Part shown: piece after piece, positions 52,976 to 61,825 of the stretch
Layout of the letters: every line of letters begins with the position of its first letter
Numbering within the stretch: the stretch's first letter is position 1
Assembly (NCBI GenBank): GCA_036267635.1
Contig: DATAVR010000139.1
Location: forward strand, 211-64,210
Length of the DNA stretch: 64,000 bases
DNA from: Polyangia bacterium
GTDB lineage: Bacteria > Myxococcota_A > Polyangia > Fen-1088
Reading direction: 5' to 3'
Notes under the pieces: generated by a model
Database searches by the model: none
Told to the model about the DNA's origin: nothing
The model's input: only the letters and a program-made list of their open reading frames with translations
Translations under genes and position numbers: made by a program

Positions 52976-55582
52976 ATGAGCAAAGGAACAGTATTGGTAC
53001 TGCTGGTGGTGGTGCTGGGAGGCGGATATGGCCTCGGGCGCCTGGCGACGCGTGACAAAGACGGTTCGTCCTCGGCGGCCGTCGCGATGCCGACCACGCA
53101 AGGTCCGAGCGACGGCGTCGACCGTCTCCGAGTGCCGCTCGAGGGCCCGTCCAGGGGTCCGGCCGACGCCAAGGTCACGATCGTCGAGTTCTCCGACTTT
53201 CAGTGCCCGTTCTGCAGCCGCGTCGTCCCCACGGTCGACAAGATCATGAAGGACTACAACGGCAAGGTGCGGCTCTACTTCCGCCACAACCCGCTGCCGT
53301 TCCACCAGAACGCGCCGCTGGCCGCCGAGGCCGCGGTGGCCGCCGAGGCGCAGGGGAAGTTCTGGGAGATGCACGACAAGATGTTCGCCAATCAGGGGGC
53401 GCTCGACCGGGCGGGCCTCGAGAAGGACGCGCAGGAGATCGGTCTCGACATGAACAAGTTCAAGACCGCGCTCGACACGCACGCGGGCAAGACGCGCGTC
53501 GACGCCGACCTGGCGGCCGGCAAGCAGATCGGCGTGCAAGGGACGCCGAACTTCTACATCGACGGGCGCAACGTTCAGGGAGCGCAGCCGTACGAAGAGT
53601 TCAAGAAGGTCATCGACGACGAGATCTCGCGCGCGGACAAGCTGATCGCCAAGGGAACGCCGACGAACATGCTCTACGCGACGTTCATGAAGGGGGCCAA
53701 GGCCTCCCCGGGCGCGGCCGCCGGGGCCGGCAAGGGCCCGGGCGCCGGGACCGAGGTCTACAAGATCGCCGTCGGTGATGCGCCGACCCGGGGCAGCAAT
53801 CAGCCGAAGGTCACGGTCATCGAGTTCTCCGACTTCCAGTGCCCCTACTGCGGCCGCGCCGCCGGAACCGTCGACACGCTGCTCAAGAGCTACAGCAACG
53901 ACGTCGAGGTCGCCTACAAGCACAACCCGCTGCCGTTCCACCCCAACGCCATGCCGGCCGCCCTGGCCTCCGAGGCGGCGCGCGCGCAGGGGAAGTTCTG
54001 GGAGATGCACGACAAGCTGTTCGCCGGGCAGGCGAACCTCGATCGCCCCACGCTCGACAAGTTCGCCCAGGAGATCGGGCTCAACATGGCGAAGTACAAG
54101 GAGTCGATGGACAAGGAGCAGGGGAAGGATCGCATCAAGCGCGACATGGCCGACGCCGAGAAGTTCGGCGCCCGGGGCACCCCCAACTTCTTCATCAACG
54201 GGCGCAACCTCCGCGGCGCGCAGCCGATCGAGGCGTTCAAGGGCGTCATCGACGAGGAGATCAAGAAGGCCGACGCCAAGATCGCCGCCGGCACGCCGCG
54301 CGGGATGGTCTACGCCGCGCTCACCCAGAACGGTCTCGACAAGGCGGCCGCTCCGCCGCCGGCGCCCGCGCGCGGCGGCGAGGCCGACCCCAACACGCGT
54401 TACCGCGCCGAGATCAAGGGCGCCCCGATGAAGGGGGCCAAGGACGCGCCGGTCACGATCGTGCAGTGGTCGGACTTCCAGTGCCCGTTCTGCAGCAAGG
54501 TCGAGCCGACCGTCTCCAAGGTGATGGAGGACTACAAGGGGAAGGTGCGCGTCGTTTGGCATGACCTGCCGCTGCCGTTCCACCCCAACGCCCTGCCCTC
54601 CGCCATCGCGGCCCGCGCCGCCGGCGAGCAGGGGAAGTTCTGGGAGATGCACGACAAGCTGTTCGCCGATCAGGCGCACGAGGATCGCGCGACCTTCGAG
54701 AAGTACGCGCAGGAGCTGGGCCTCAACATGGGCAAGTTCAAGGCGGCGCTCGACGCGCAAAAGGGCAAAGAGGCGATCGAGGCCGACTCGGCCGCGGGCG
54801 GCAAGATCGGCGCCCACGGCACGCCGGCCTTCTTCGTCAACGGCAAGTTCCTCTCGGGCGCGCAGCCCTACGAGGTCTTCAAGGGGAAGATCGACGAGGA
54901 GCTGAAGATCGCCGACTCGATGATCGCCAAGGGGACGCCCAAGTCGAAGATCTACGACGCGCTCATGAAGGACGCGAAGACCGAGGTGCCGGCCGCGGCG
55001 GCCGCCCCCGCGCAGGCGCAGGGTGCGGAGAAGACCCCCGATCAGGACACCACCGTCTACAAGGTGTCGGCGGCGGGCGGCCCGGCCAAGGGGTCGAAGA
55101 ACGCGCCGTTGCAGGTGGTGATCTTCTCGGACTTCCAGTGCCCGTTCTGCAAGCGGGTCGAACCGCAGCTCTCGCAGCTGGAGAAGGAGTACGGCAGCAA
55201 GATGCACATGGTCTGGAAGAACTACCCGCTGCCGTTCCACCCCTTCGCCGAGCCGGCGGCCGAGGCGGCCATGGCGGCCAACGCGCAGGGGAAGTTCTGG
55301 CAGATGCACGACAAGCTGTTCGAGAACAACACTGCGCTCGATCGCCCGAACCTGGAGAAGTACGCGCAGGAGCTGGGGCTCGACATGGCCAGGTTCAAGG
55401 CCGACCTCGACGCCCAGAAGTACAAGGACGCGATCCAGTCCGACACCAAGGAAGGCCAGGGGGTGGGCGTGAACGGGACGCCGGCGGTGTTCATCAACGG
55501 GCGCAAGATCAACGGCGCCTACCCGTGGGAGACGTTCAAGAAGATCGCCGACGACGAGCTGGCCAAGAAGAAGAAGGGATAG
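52976..55582 (+). CDS. Membrane-anchored protein with four tandem DsbA-like thioredoxin domains
   Basis: GGAG 6 nt before ATG 52976, and an N-terminal TM segment (VLVLLVVVLGGGYGL). The module FSDFQCP(F/Y)C...NPLPFH...QGKFWEMHDKLF...GTPxFFINGR occurs four times. Confidence 0.9.
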   Translation: MSKGTVLVLLVVVLGGGYGLGRLATRDKDGSSSAAVAMPTTQGPSDGVDRLRVPLEGPSRGPADAKVTIVEFSDFQCPFCSRVVPTVDKIMKDYNGKVRLYFRHNPLPFHQNAPLAAEAAVAAEAQGKFWEMHDKMFANQGALDRAGLEKDAQEIGLDMNKFKTALDTHAGKTRVDADLAAGKQIGVQGTPNFYIDGRNVQGAQPYEEFKKVIDDEISRADKLIAKGTPTNMLYATFMKGAKASPGAAAGAGKGPGAGTEVYKIAVGDAPTRGSNQPKVTVIEFSDFQCPYCGRAAGTVDTLLKSYSNDVEVAYKHNPLPFHPNAMPAALASEAARAQGKFWEMHDKLFAGQANLDRPTLDKFAQEIGLNMAKYKESMDKEQGKDRIKRDMADAEKFGARGTPNFFINGRNLRGAQPIEAFKGVIDEEIKKADAKIAAGTPRGMVYAALTQNGLDKAAAPPPAPARGGEADPNTRYRAEIKGAPMKGAKDAPVTIVQWSDFQCPFCSKVEPTVSKVMEDYKGKVRVVWHDLPLPFHPNALPSAIAARAAGEQGKFWEMHDKLFADQAHEDRATFEKYAQELGLNMGKFKAALDAQKGKEAIEADSAAGGKIGAHGTPAFFVNGKFLSGAQPYEVFKGKIDEELKIADSMIAKGTPKSKIYDALMKDAKTEVPAAAAAPAQAQGAEKTPDQDTTVYKVSAAGGPAKGSKNAPLQVVIFSDFQCPFCKRVEPQLSQLEKEYGSKMHMVWKNYPLPFHPFAEPAAEAAMAANAQGKFWQMHDKLFENNTALDRPNLEKYAQELGLDMARFKADLDAQKYKDAIQSDTKEGQGVGVNGTPAVFINGRKINGAYPWETFKKIADDELAKKKKG
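53090..55582 (+). repeat. Four intragenic tandem repeats of about 640 bp (DsbA-domain units)
   Basis: First Cys codon of each CPxC site lies at 53204, 53840, 54482 and 55139 (spacings 636, 642 and 657 nt). The repeats are diverged, not identical. Confidence 0.85.
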
Positions 55583-55591
55583 CGCTCGCTG

Positions 55592-55654
55592 CGTGGGAGG
55601 GGTTCCCCCTCCCACGGGCCCGTCGACAGAACAGGAACCCTCAAAGGGTTCCTG
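55592..55654 (+). terminator. Two strong GC-rich stem-loops downstream of the tetra-DsbA gene
   Basis: CGTGGGAGGGG-ttc-CCCCTCCCACG (55592..55616) and CAGGAACCCT-caa-AGGGTTCCTG (55632..55654). No U-tract. Confidence 0.45.
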
Positions 55655-55769
55655 AAACCTCCCGCGAAGAGGTCGCTCGAGCCAAGCTCGCGCTCCCTCA
55701 CGCGAAAGTCTCCGGCGGGCGGAGCCCGCCTGCGATATACACTCGCATCTGTTTGAAGATGGGAAAGCT

Positions 55770-56378
55770 GTGAAGGCTCGAGCCACCGCACCTGAGGCCG
55801 CAGAGGGCGGGTCGCGGTGGCGCCGTTTGTGGCCGTCGGCGCTCACGGCGCTGGCGATCGCCTTCGTGGCGGTGCGGTTCCTGGGCGCGACGCATGACAC
55901 CTTGGCCCGCACCCGCGGGGGAGCTTGCAAGGCGTTGCAGCCGGATCCACTGCCTGGCTTCTTGCAGAGCGGGCCGACGCCCGACTTTCAGCTTCCGGAT
56001 GCCGGCGGCCGCACGGTGTCGCTGAGCGCGCAGAAGGGGCACCCGGTGCTGCTGAACTTCTGGGCCACCTGGTGCCCGCCCTGCGTCGACGAGGTCCCTT
56101 CGCTGGAGGATCTCGCCCGCAAGCTCGACGGCACCGACCTGCGGATGCTGGCGGTGAGCGTCGACGACGACTGGGGCGCCATCCGGCGGTTCTTCCCGAA
56201 AGGGAGCAGCATCGGCGTCCTGCTCGACACCTCGCACGACATCCCCAAGAAGTTCGGGACCGAGAAGTTCCCGGAGAGCTTCCTCATCGACGCCGCCGGT
56301 CGCGTCCGCTACTACTTCATCAACAAGCGCGACTGGTCGCGCCCCGAAGCCGTCGCCTGTCTGGAAAGCTTGCGATGA
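55770..56378 (+). CDS. TlpA/ResA-family thiol:disulfide oxidoreductase (membrane-anchored)
   Basis: GTG 55770, an N-terminal TM segment, and the NFWATWCPPC motif. Confidence 0.85.
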   Translation: MKARATAPEAAEGGSRWRRLWPSALTALAIAFVAVRFLGATHDTLARTRGGACKALQPDPLPGFLQSGPTPDFQLPDAGGRTVSLSAQKGHPVLLNFWATWCPPCVDEVPSLEDLARKLDGTDLRMLAVSVDDDWGAIRRFFPKGSSIGVLLDTSHDIPKKFGTEKFPESFLIDAAGRVRYYFINKRDWSRPEAVACLESLR

Positions 56379-57619
56379 GCTCCGCGCCGTTCCTCGCGCC
56401 GGCGCCCCAAGCCACGCCGGGCGCTCGACGGCGCGGGATCCCGCCGCTGCCGCTGCTGACGCTGATCAACTTTTTCAACTACGTCGACCGTCAGGTCGTC
56501 TATGGGATGACGCCGCACATCGGCGAGGCGTTCCACCTCTCCAACTCCAAGCTCGGGCTCCTCGCCTGGGCGAATCTGTTCGTGTTCGCCGTCGCCTCGT
56601 TGATCTCCGGGCCGATCGCCGACCGCATCGGCCCGCGCAAGGTGATCTTCACCGGCATCCTCGTGTGGTCGATCGCCACCATCGGCTCGGCGCTGTCGAC
56701 CTCGTTCCCGATGCTGCTGTTCTTCCGCGCGCTGGTCGGCGTGGGCGAAGGGGCCTACGGGCCGTCGGCCAACACGCTCCTCTGCGCCGACGCTCCGCCC
56801 GAAAAGCGCGGCCGGGCGCTCGGCATCTACAACGTCGGCATGGCGCTCGGCGGGACGAGCGGCCTCGTGCTGGGGGCGATGCTGGCGCCCGTCCTCGGCT
56901 GGCGCGGCGTGTTCTGGATCGCCGGCGGTCCCTCGATCCTGCTGGCGCTCTCCTCGGCGTTTCTCTCCGCCCCCGATCACCTGGAGCGGCCCAAGGCGGA
57001 GCGCGCCCGCTCCTACCTGCTGTCGCCGACCTATCTGCTGGCGCTGGCCGGAGGGATCCTGGCCACCTTCGGCGCCAGCTCGCTCATCTTCTGGATTCGG
57101 ACGCTGGTGATCGAGGAGCGCCACTTCAGTGTCAGTGCGGGGAGCGGTTTCATGGCCGTGGTGGGTCTCGTCGCCGGGGTGGGGGGCGTCATCGTCGGAG
57201 GCTACGCGGGCGACGCGTTCAACCGGCGCAGGAACGGCGGCCACGCGCTCACCATCGGCCTGTCGATGCTGATCGGCGCGCCGGTGGGCGCCGTGGCGCT
57301 GATGGTCTCCGGCCAGGCGTTCTTCATGGTGATGACCTTCAGCGCCGCTTTTCTCTTCTCCGTCTACAACGGCCCCTCGGCCGCCGTGGTCGACGAGCTC
57401 GGGCCGCCGCAGTATGGCGCCACGCTGCAAGCGGTCTTCATGTTCGGTCTCCACGTCCTCGGCAATGCGCCCGCCCCCTCGGCGGTCGGCGCGATCTCCG
57501 ATCACTTCCACACCTCGATCGCGACGTCGCTTCAAGCGGCCAACATCGCCTTCGCGCTCTCCGGCGTTCTTTTTCTGGTGGTCGCCAGCCGCCAACGCAA
57601 GGCCCCCGCCTTTCACTGA
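56375..57619 (+). CDS. MFS transporter (Spinster-like)
   Basis: ATG 56375 overlaps the TlpA stop (ATGA). Contains NFFNYVDRQV, GPIADRIGPRK and FRALVGVGEG MFS motifs. Confidence 0.85.
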   Translation: MSSAPFLAPAPQATPGARRRGIPPLPLLTLINFFNYVDRQVVYGMTPHIGEAFHLSNSKLGLLAWANLFVFAVASLISGPIADRIGPRKVIFTGILVWSIATIGSALSTSFPMLLFFRALVGVGEGAYGPSANTLLCADAPPEKRGRALGIYNVGMALGGTSGLVLGAMLAPVLGWRGVFWIAGGPSILLALSSAFLSAPDHLERPKAERARSYLLSPTYLLALAGGILATFGASSLIFWIRTLVIEERHFSVSAGSGFMAVVGLVAGVGGVIVGGYAGDAFNRRRNGGHALTIGLSMLIGAPVGAVALMVSGQAFFMVMTFSAAFLFSVYNGPSAAVVDELGPPQYGATLQAVFMFGLHVLGNAPAPSAVGAISDHFHTSIATSLQAANIAFALSGVLFLVVASRQRKAPAFH

Positions 57620-57626
57620 GCCCGAC

Positions 57627-58376
57627 ATGTCGACACCCGCTCCCACCACGCCGCCCACCACACAGGACTACTACGACCGCTTCGCCGCCGGATACGAGGA
57701 CGAGCGGCACCACGGCTACCACCGGCTGATCGACGAGCTCGAGCTGGAGCTGGTGCGCCGCCTCGGCAGCGGCAAGGACGTCTTCGAGGCCGGCTGCGGC
57801 ACCGGGCTTCTGCTGCGCGAAACCGCCCGCGTGGCCCGCTCCGCCGTCGGTCTGGATCTCTCGCGCGGGATGCTGCAGCCGGCGCGGGCGCGTGGCCTCC
57901 GCGTCGTGCAGGGCTCGCTCACCGACGTGCCGCTGCCGTCGGCGTCGTTCGATCTCGTCTACAGCATGAAGGTGCTGGCCCACGTCCCGCCCATCGAGCA
58001 GGCGGTCGCCGAGCTGGCGCGCCTGGTCCGCCCCGGCGGGCACCTCCTGCTCGAGTTCTACAATCCGCTGTCGTTGCGCTACCTGGCCAAGCGCGTCGGC
58101 GGCCCCGGAAAGATCGCCACCGACGGCACGACCGAGAAGGACGTCTACACCCGCTTCGACACGCTGTCGCGCGCGCGCGGCTACCTGCCGGCGGACGTCG
58201 ATCTGGTCGCCGTGCGCGGCGTGCGCGTGCTGACGCCGAGCTCGCTGGTGTTCCGCTCCTCGACGCTCGGCCGTCTCTTCAGCTGGGCCGAGCACGCCGC
58301 CTGCGATCTGCCGCTCCTGCGCAATCTGGGGGGCTTCCTGATCCTGGTCGCGCAGAAGCGCGCCGGCGCGACCTAG
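57627..58376 (+). CDS. Class I SAM-dependent methyltransferase
   Basis: YYDRFAAGYE, VFEAGCGTG (motif I) and PGGHLLLEF. Confidence 0.85.
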   Translation: MSTPAPTTPPTTQDYYDRFAAGYEDERHHGYHRLIDELELELVRRLGSGKDVFEAGCGTGLLLRETARVARSAVGLDLSRGMLQPARARGLRVVQGSLTDVPLPSASFDLVYSMKVLAHVPPIEQAVAELARLVRPGGHLLLEFYNPLSLRYLAKRVGGPGKIATDGTTEKDVYTRFDTLSRARGYLPADVDLVAVRGVRVLTPSSLVFRSSTLGRLFSWAEHAACDLPLLRNLGGFLILVAQKRAGAT

Positions 58377-58379
58377 GCG

Positions 58380-59024
58380 ATGACCGTCCGCCTCGAGCTT
58401 CCACCCCGCGGCGTCCTCAAGCCCAACGACGCCGTCGATCCGCTCCCCTACTACTATCACCCCCTGGTGGGCTGGCTGTATCGCCACCGCCTCCAGATGG
58501 GCCTCGATTTCTTGCCCGCGGGCGGGCGGCGCGTGCTGGAGATCGGCGTCGGCAGCGGCATCCTCGTCCCGACGCTGACCAAGCACTACGCCGAATACAC
58601 CGGCACCGATCTGACGCTGGCGCCGGGGCTGGAGGCGCTGGTGGCGCCCGGCTGCCGCGCCGAGTTTCGCCGCGCCGATCTGCTGAGCGACGCCGACCTG
58701 CCGGCCGCGCACTACGACGCCATCGTCTGCTTCTCGGTGCTCGAGCACATTCGCGACGCGGAGGGCGCCGCGCGCGGCCTCGCCCGCGCGCTGGCCCCCG
58801 GCGGCACGCTGGTGACCGGGTACCCGATGGTCAGCCCGCTCATGACCCGCGCCTTCGCGTTGATCGGCTTCGACAGCATCGACGACCACCACGTCAGTCC
58901 GCCGGTTCGGATCGCCGCCGCGCTCGCCGGCGCGCTGCGACCGGTGCGGCGGGCGGCGTTTCCGCCGGCCGCGCCGGTGCCGGCGGCGCTCTACCAGTGC
59001 ACCGCCTGGACCACGCTCGGTTAG
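58380..59024 (+). CDS. Class I SAM-dependent methyltransferase
   Basis: VLEIGVGSG (motif I), CFSVLEHI and PGGTLV. Confidence 0.75.
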   Translation: MTVRLELPPRGVLKPNDAVDPLPYYYHPLVGWLYRHRLQMGLDFLPAGGRRVLEIGVGSGILVPTLTKHYAEYTGTDLTLAPGLEALVAPGCRAEFRRADLLSDADLPAAHYDAIVCFSVLEHIRDAEGAARGLARALAPGGTLVTGYPMVSPLMTRAFALIGFDSIDDHHVSPPVRIAAALAGALRPVRRAAFPPAAPVPAALYQCTAWTTLG

Positions 59025-59043
59025 CGGCGCCGTCCGGCGACGG

Positions 59044-59550
59044 TCACGGCGGCGGCGACGAGCCGCAGTCGGCGTGGCGGGTCTTGAAGCGCGCCAGCCA
59101 GAAAGGCTGACCGTCGCGGGTGCCGACGAGGTGGCCGGTCTTTGGGTTGAGCCGCAGATCGTACTTGATGATCGTCTGGCCGGTCTCTTGCGAGCCGTCG
59201 GGGACCGAGGGGAAGGCGTAGCCGGTGGTCACCGCCACGTGTCGGCCGGTCAGCACGAGGTGGTCGCCCTGGCGCGTCCCGGCCAGCGTCTCCGATTCGT
59301 CGCGCGACGAATTCCGCGCCACGCCCCCCGACGGCTCGATCCAGCGCGCCTTTCCGGTCACCTTCTTGCCGTTCTCGCTGAGCGTGAAATCGACGCCGCC
59401 GTTCCAGCAGCGCTGGGGAGTCGACACCACCGCCTCTTTCGGTTCGGGCGAGTCGGCGCCGAACAGCCAGCCGCCGGAGAGCGAGTTTGGCGCAGCAGCG
59501 ACGGCCGCCGGCGAGATGGCCAAGACGACGGCTGCGGCGAGGCAGCGCAC
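59044..59550 (-). CDS. Secreted hypothetical protein
   Basis: Signal peptide MRCLAAAVVLAISPAAVAA. Last gene of the minus-strand string. Confidence 0.6.
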   Translation of the reverse strand: MRCLAAAVVLAISPAAVAAAPNSLSGGWLFGADSPEPKEAVVSTPQRCWNGGVDFTLSENGKKVTGKARWIEPSGGVARNSSRDESETLAGTRQGDHLVLTGRHVAVTTGYAFPSVPDGSQETGQTIIKYDLRLNPKTGHLVGTRDGQPFWLARFKTRHADCGSSPPP

Positions 59551-59552
59551 GG

Positions 59553-60323
59553 TCAGCGCTTCTCGATCACGATCAGCATCCGGAAGCCGATGGCGCGGAA
59601 GATCGCCTCCGGCAACCGCGCCTCGATCCGGTGCAGCGCCGACCAGAGCACGCGCGGGAGAAACGCCCGGCGCGAGAATCCGCCGGAGGCCGGGTAGCTC
59701 AGCCCCGACAGGTGCGTCACCCGCTCGACCGACAGGGAGGGAAATGTCTCGGCGAACAGCTGCCGGCGACGGCCGAACAGCAGCGTCGGGATAGCCTGAT
59801 TCGAGTCGAACGGATCGCGCGCCCGGTCGGTCGCCTGCGGCTCGAACCCGGCCAGCGGATCGATCCCCAGCGCCAGCTGCTCCTGATGGAAAAGTTTGTA
59901 GACCGGGTACGACAGCGGGCTCACGTACGGCTCACACATCACGACCCGCCCGCCTGGACGCAGGACGCGCGCCGCCTCGGCGAAGAAACGCCGCGGCGCC
60001 GGCAGGTGGTGGAGGACGTCGACCATCACCAGCGCCCCCACGGTCGCGTCCCCGAACGGCAGCGCCTCCGCGCTCACCTCCCGATCGTGCCAGGGGGCGC
60101 GCACGATGTCGGAGAGCTCGAGGTCGGGGATGAACGCGCGCGCGAAGCCTGGCCCCGAGCCGAGCTCGATGCGCGGACCGAGCGTCGGCGGCGGCAGCGC
60201 GGCCGCGACCTGCCCGTACCAATCGCCGTAAAGGTCGCGCAGCGCGGGATTCGCCTCCCAGGCACGCCGGTGCTCCTCGAATCGCGTCAACGTGCGCGCC
60301 TGAAGCTCCTCGGAGAGCGGCAT
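59553..60323 (-). CDS. Class I SAM-dependent methyltransferase
   Basis: IELGSGPG (motif I), VDVLHHL and PGGRVVMCEP. Confidence 0.8.
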   Translation of the reverse strand: MPLSEELQARTLTRFEEHRRAWEANPALRDLYGDWYGQVAAALPPPTLGPRIELGSGPGFARAFIPDLELSDIVRAPWHDREVSAEALPFGDATVGALVMVDVLHHLPAPRRFFAEAARVLRPGGRVVMCEPYVSPLSYPVYKLFHQEQLALGIDPLAGFEPQATDRARDPFDSNQAIPTLLFGRRRQLFAETFPSLSVERVTHLSGLSYPASGGFSRRAFLPRVLWSALHRIEARLPEAIFRAIGFRMLIVIEKR

Positions 60324-60328
60324 CGTCG

Positions 60329-61825
60329 CTACACGAACTTGATCTTGCGCGCGGCCACCGCCGACATCTGCAGCAGCAGGAAGCCGTGCTTCCAGCGCGA
60401 GATGTTGGTCTCACCGTAGGTGCGGTCGCGGTAGCGCACGGGGATCTCGGAGATCTTGAGGTTCAGGCGCGCCGCTCCGAAGATGAGGTCGAAGTCGCCG
60501 AACGGATCGAAGTCGCCGAAGTAGCTGCGCCCGGCCGCGATCCGCTCGTAGTCCTTGCGCCAGAGGACCTTGGTCCCGCAGAGCGTGTCCTTGATCGGCT
60601 GCTGCAAGAGGTAGGTGAAGAGCTCGGAGAAGGCGACGTTGCCGATCTTGTTGAAGAAGCGCATCGCCCCCGGCTCCATCGGATAGACGAGGCGGGTGCC
60701 TTGCACGAAGTCGGCGTGCCCGCCAGCCAGCACGTCGTAGAAAGTCGGCAGCTCCTCGGGCGGGACGGTCAGATCGGCGTCGAGGATCATGAGGACGTCG
60801 CCGGTGGCGTGCGCGAAACCGAGCCGCACGGCGTCCCCCTTCCCCTTCCCGGTCTGCTGAAACGCTCGCAGCTGGAGCGGCCCGTCGTAGGCCTGCACGG
60901 TCCTCTGAATCGCGGACCAGGTGTCGTCGGTCGAGTGCCCCTCGACGAAGATGAGCTCGGTCGCCGATCCCATCACCGGGGTGCGGGCCACCGCCGCGGC
61001 GACGTTCCCCGCCTCGTTGCGGGTCGGCACGATCACGCTGACGCTCGCCCTGCGCGGCGCCGGCATCGCCCCCCGATCGCGCAGCATGTAGATCCGGTAG
61101 AGCGAGGCGTGCTTCATGAACGGCGCGCGCACCGCGTAGCGGTTGAGCGCCGTCGAAACGACCGGCAGATCAGCCGGGAAAAGCAGCCGGTCCTCGAAGC
61201 GCACGACCTCGAGACCGGTGATGTCGTAAAGGTTGCGAAAATCGGAGTCGGACAGCCAGTTGGCGATCGGCGCCGGGCGCTTGAGCCCGGCCAGCTCCGC
61301 CAGGCGGACCGGGACCTCCCACAGGTAGCTGAAGGCGGTGAGGTAGATCCGCCCGTCGGGCGCGAGACGCCGCTTGAGACCGGCGAGCAGCGCCTTGACG
61401 TCGAGGACGCTGTGGCACAGCCGATCGCAGATGACGGCGTCGGCCCGGTGCAGGAGATCCGCCGGCGGCGCGATGGCGTCGCCCACCTCGAAGCCGATCT
61501 CCGGATGTCGGGCCCGCGCGCTGGCGACCATCTCCGGGAGATAGTCGATCCCCTGACGGCGCGCGTTCGGCAGCGCGGCCAGCAGGTCGCCCGCGCCGCA
61601 CCCGACCTCCAGCACCGAGGCATCGGCCGGGATCAGCCGGGCCAGCGCGGCCGCCAGATCCTGGTGCAGGAAATCGCGGGCCGCCGGATTGCGCGGCGCC
61701 TCGCCCGCATGCCGGTAGTATTCGCGCCAGGTCGCCTCCAACGCCTCCGCGCGCGACGGCGGGCGCTCGGTCCCGTCAAACAGCGGATGAACGGAGGTCG
61801 GCTCAGGGGGAATCTGTGGCGCCAT
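60329..61825 (-). CDS. Bifunctional SAM-methyltransferase / family 2 glycosyltransferase
   Basis: N-terminal half has VLEVGCGAG and PDGRIYL. C-terminal half has VSVIVPTRNE, DADL and a GT2 (Dpm1-like) pattern. Its ATG shares one base with the kinase TAA stop (TAATG). Confidence 0.85.
   Translation of the reverse strand: MAPQIPPEPTSVHPLFDGTERPPSRAEALEATWREYYRHAGEAPRNPAARDFLHQDLAAALARLIPADASVLEVGCGAGDLLAALPNARRQGIDYLPEMVASARARHPEIGFEVGDAIAPPADLLHRADAVICDRLCHSVLDVKALLAGLKRRLAPDGRIYLTAFSYLWEVPVRLAELAGLKRPAPIANWLSDSDFRNLYDITGLEVVRFEDRLLFPADLPVVSTALNRYAVRAPFMKHASLYRIYMLRDRGAMPAPRRASVSVIVPTRNEAGNVAAAVARTPVMGSATELIFVEGHSTDDTWSAIQRTVQAYDGPLQLRAFQQTGKGKGDAVRLGFAHATGDVLMILDADLTVPPEELPTFYDVLAGGHADFVQGTRLVYPMEPGAMRFFNKIGNVAFSELFTYLLQQPIKDTLCGTKVLWRKDYERIAAGRSYFGDFDPFGDFDLIFGAARLNLKISEIPVRYRDRTYGETNISRWKHGFLLLQMSAVAARKIKFV

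Noticed and set aside
52742-55930. 1062-aa minus-strand ORF, the longest in the window
   Set aside because: It is antisense to the tetra-DsbA gene. Its internal repetitiveness simply mirrors the four DsbA repeats. The translation is Arg/Leu/Gly/Val-rich with no recognisable domain.
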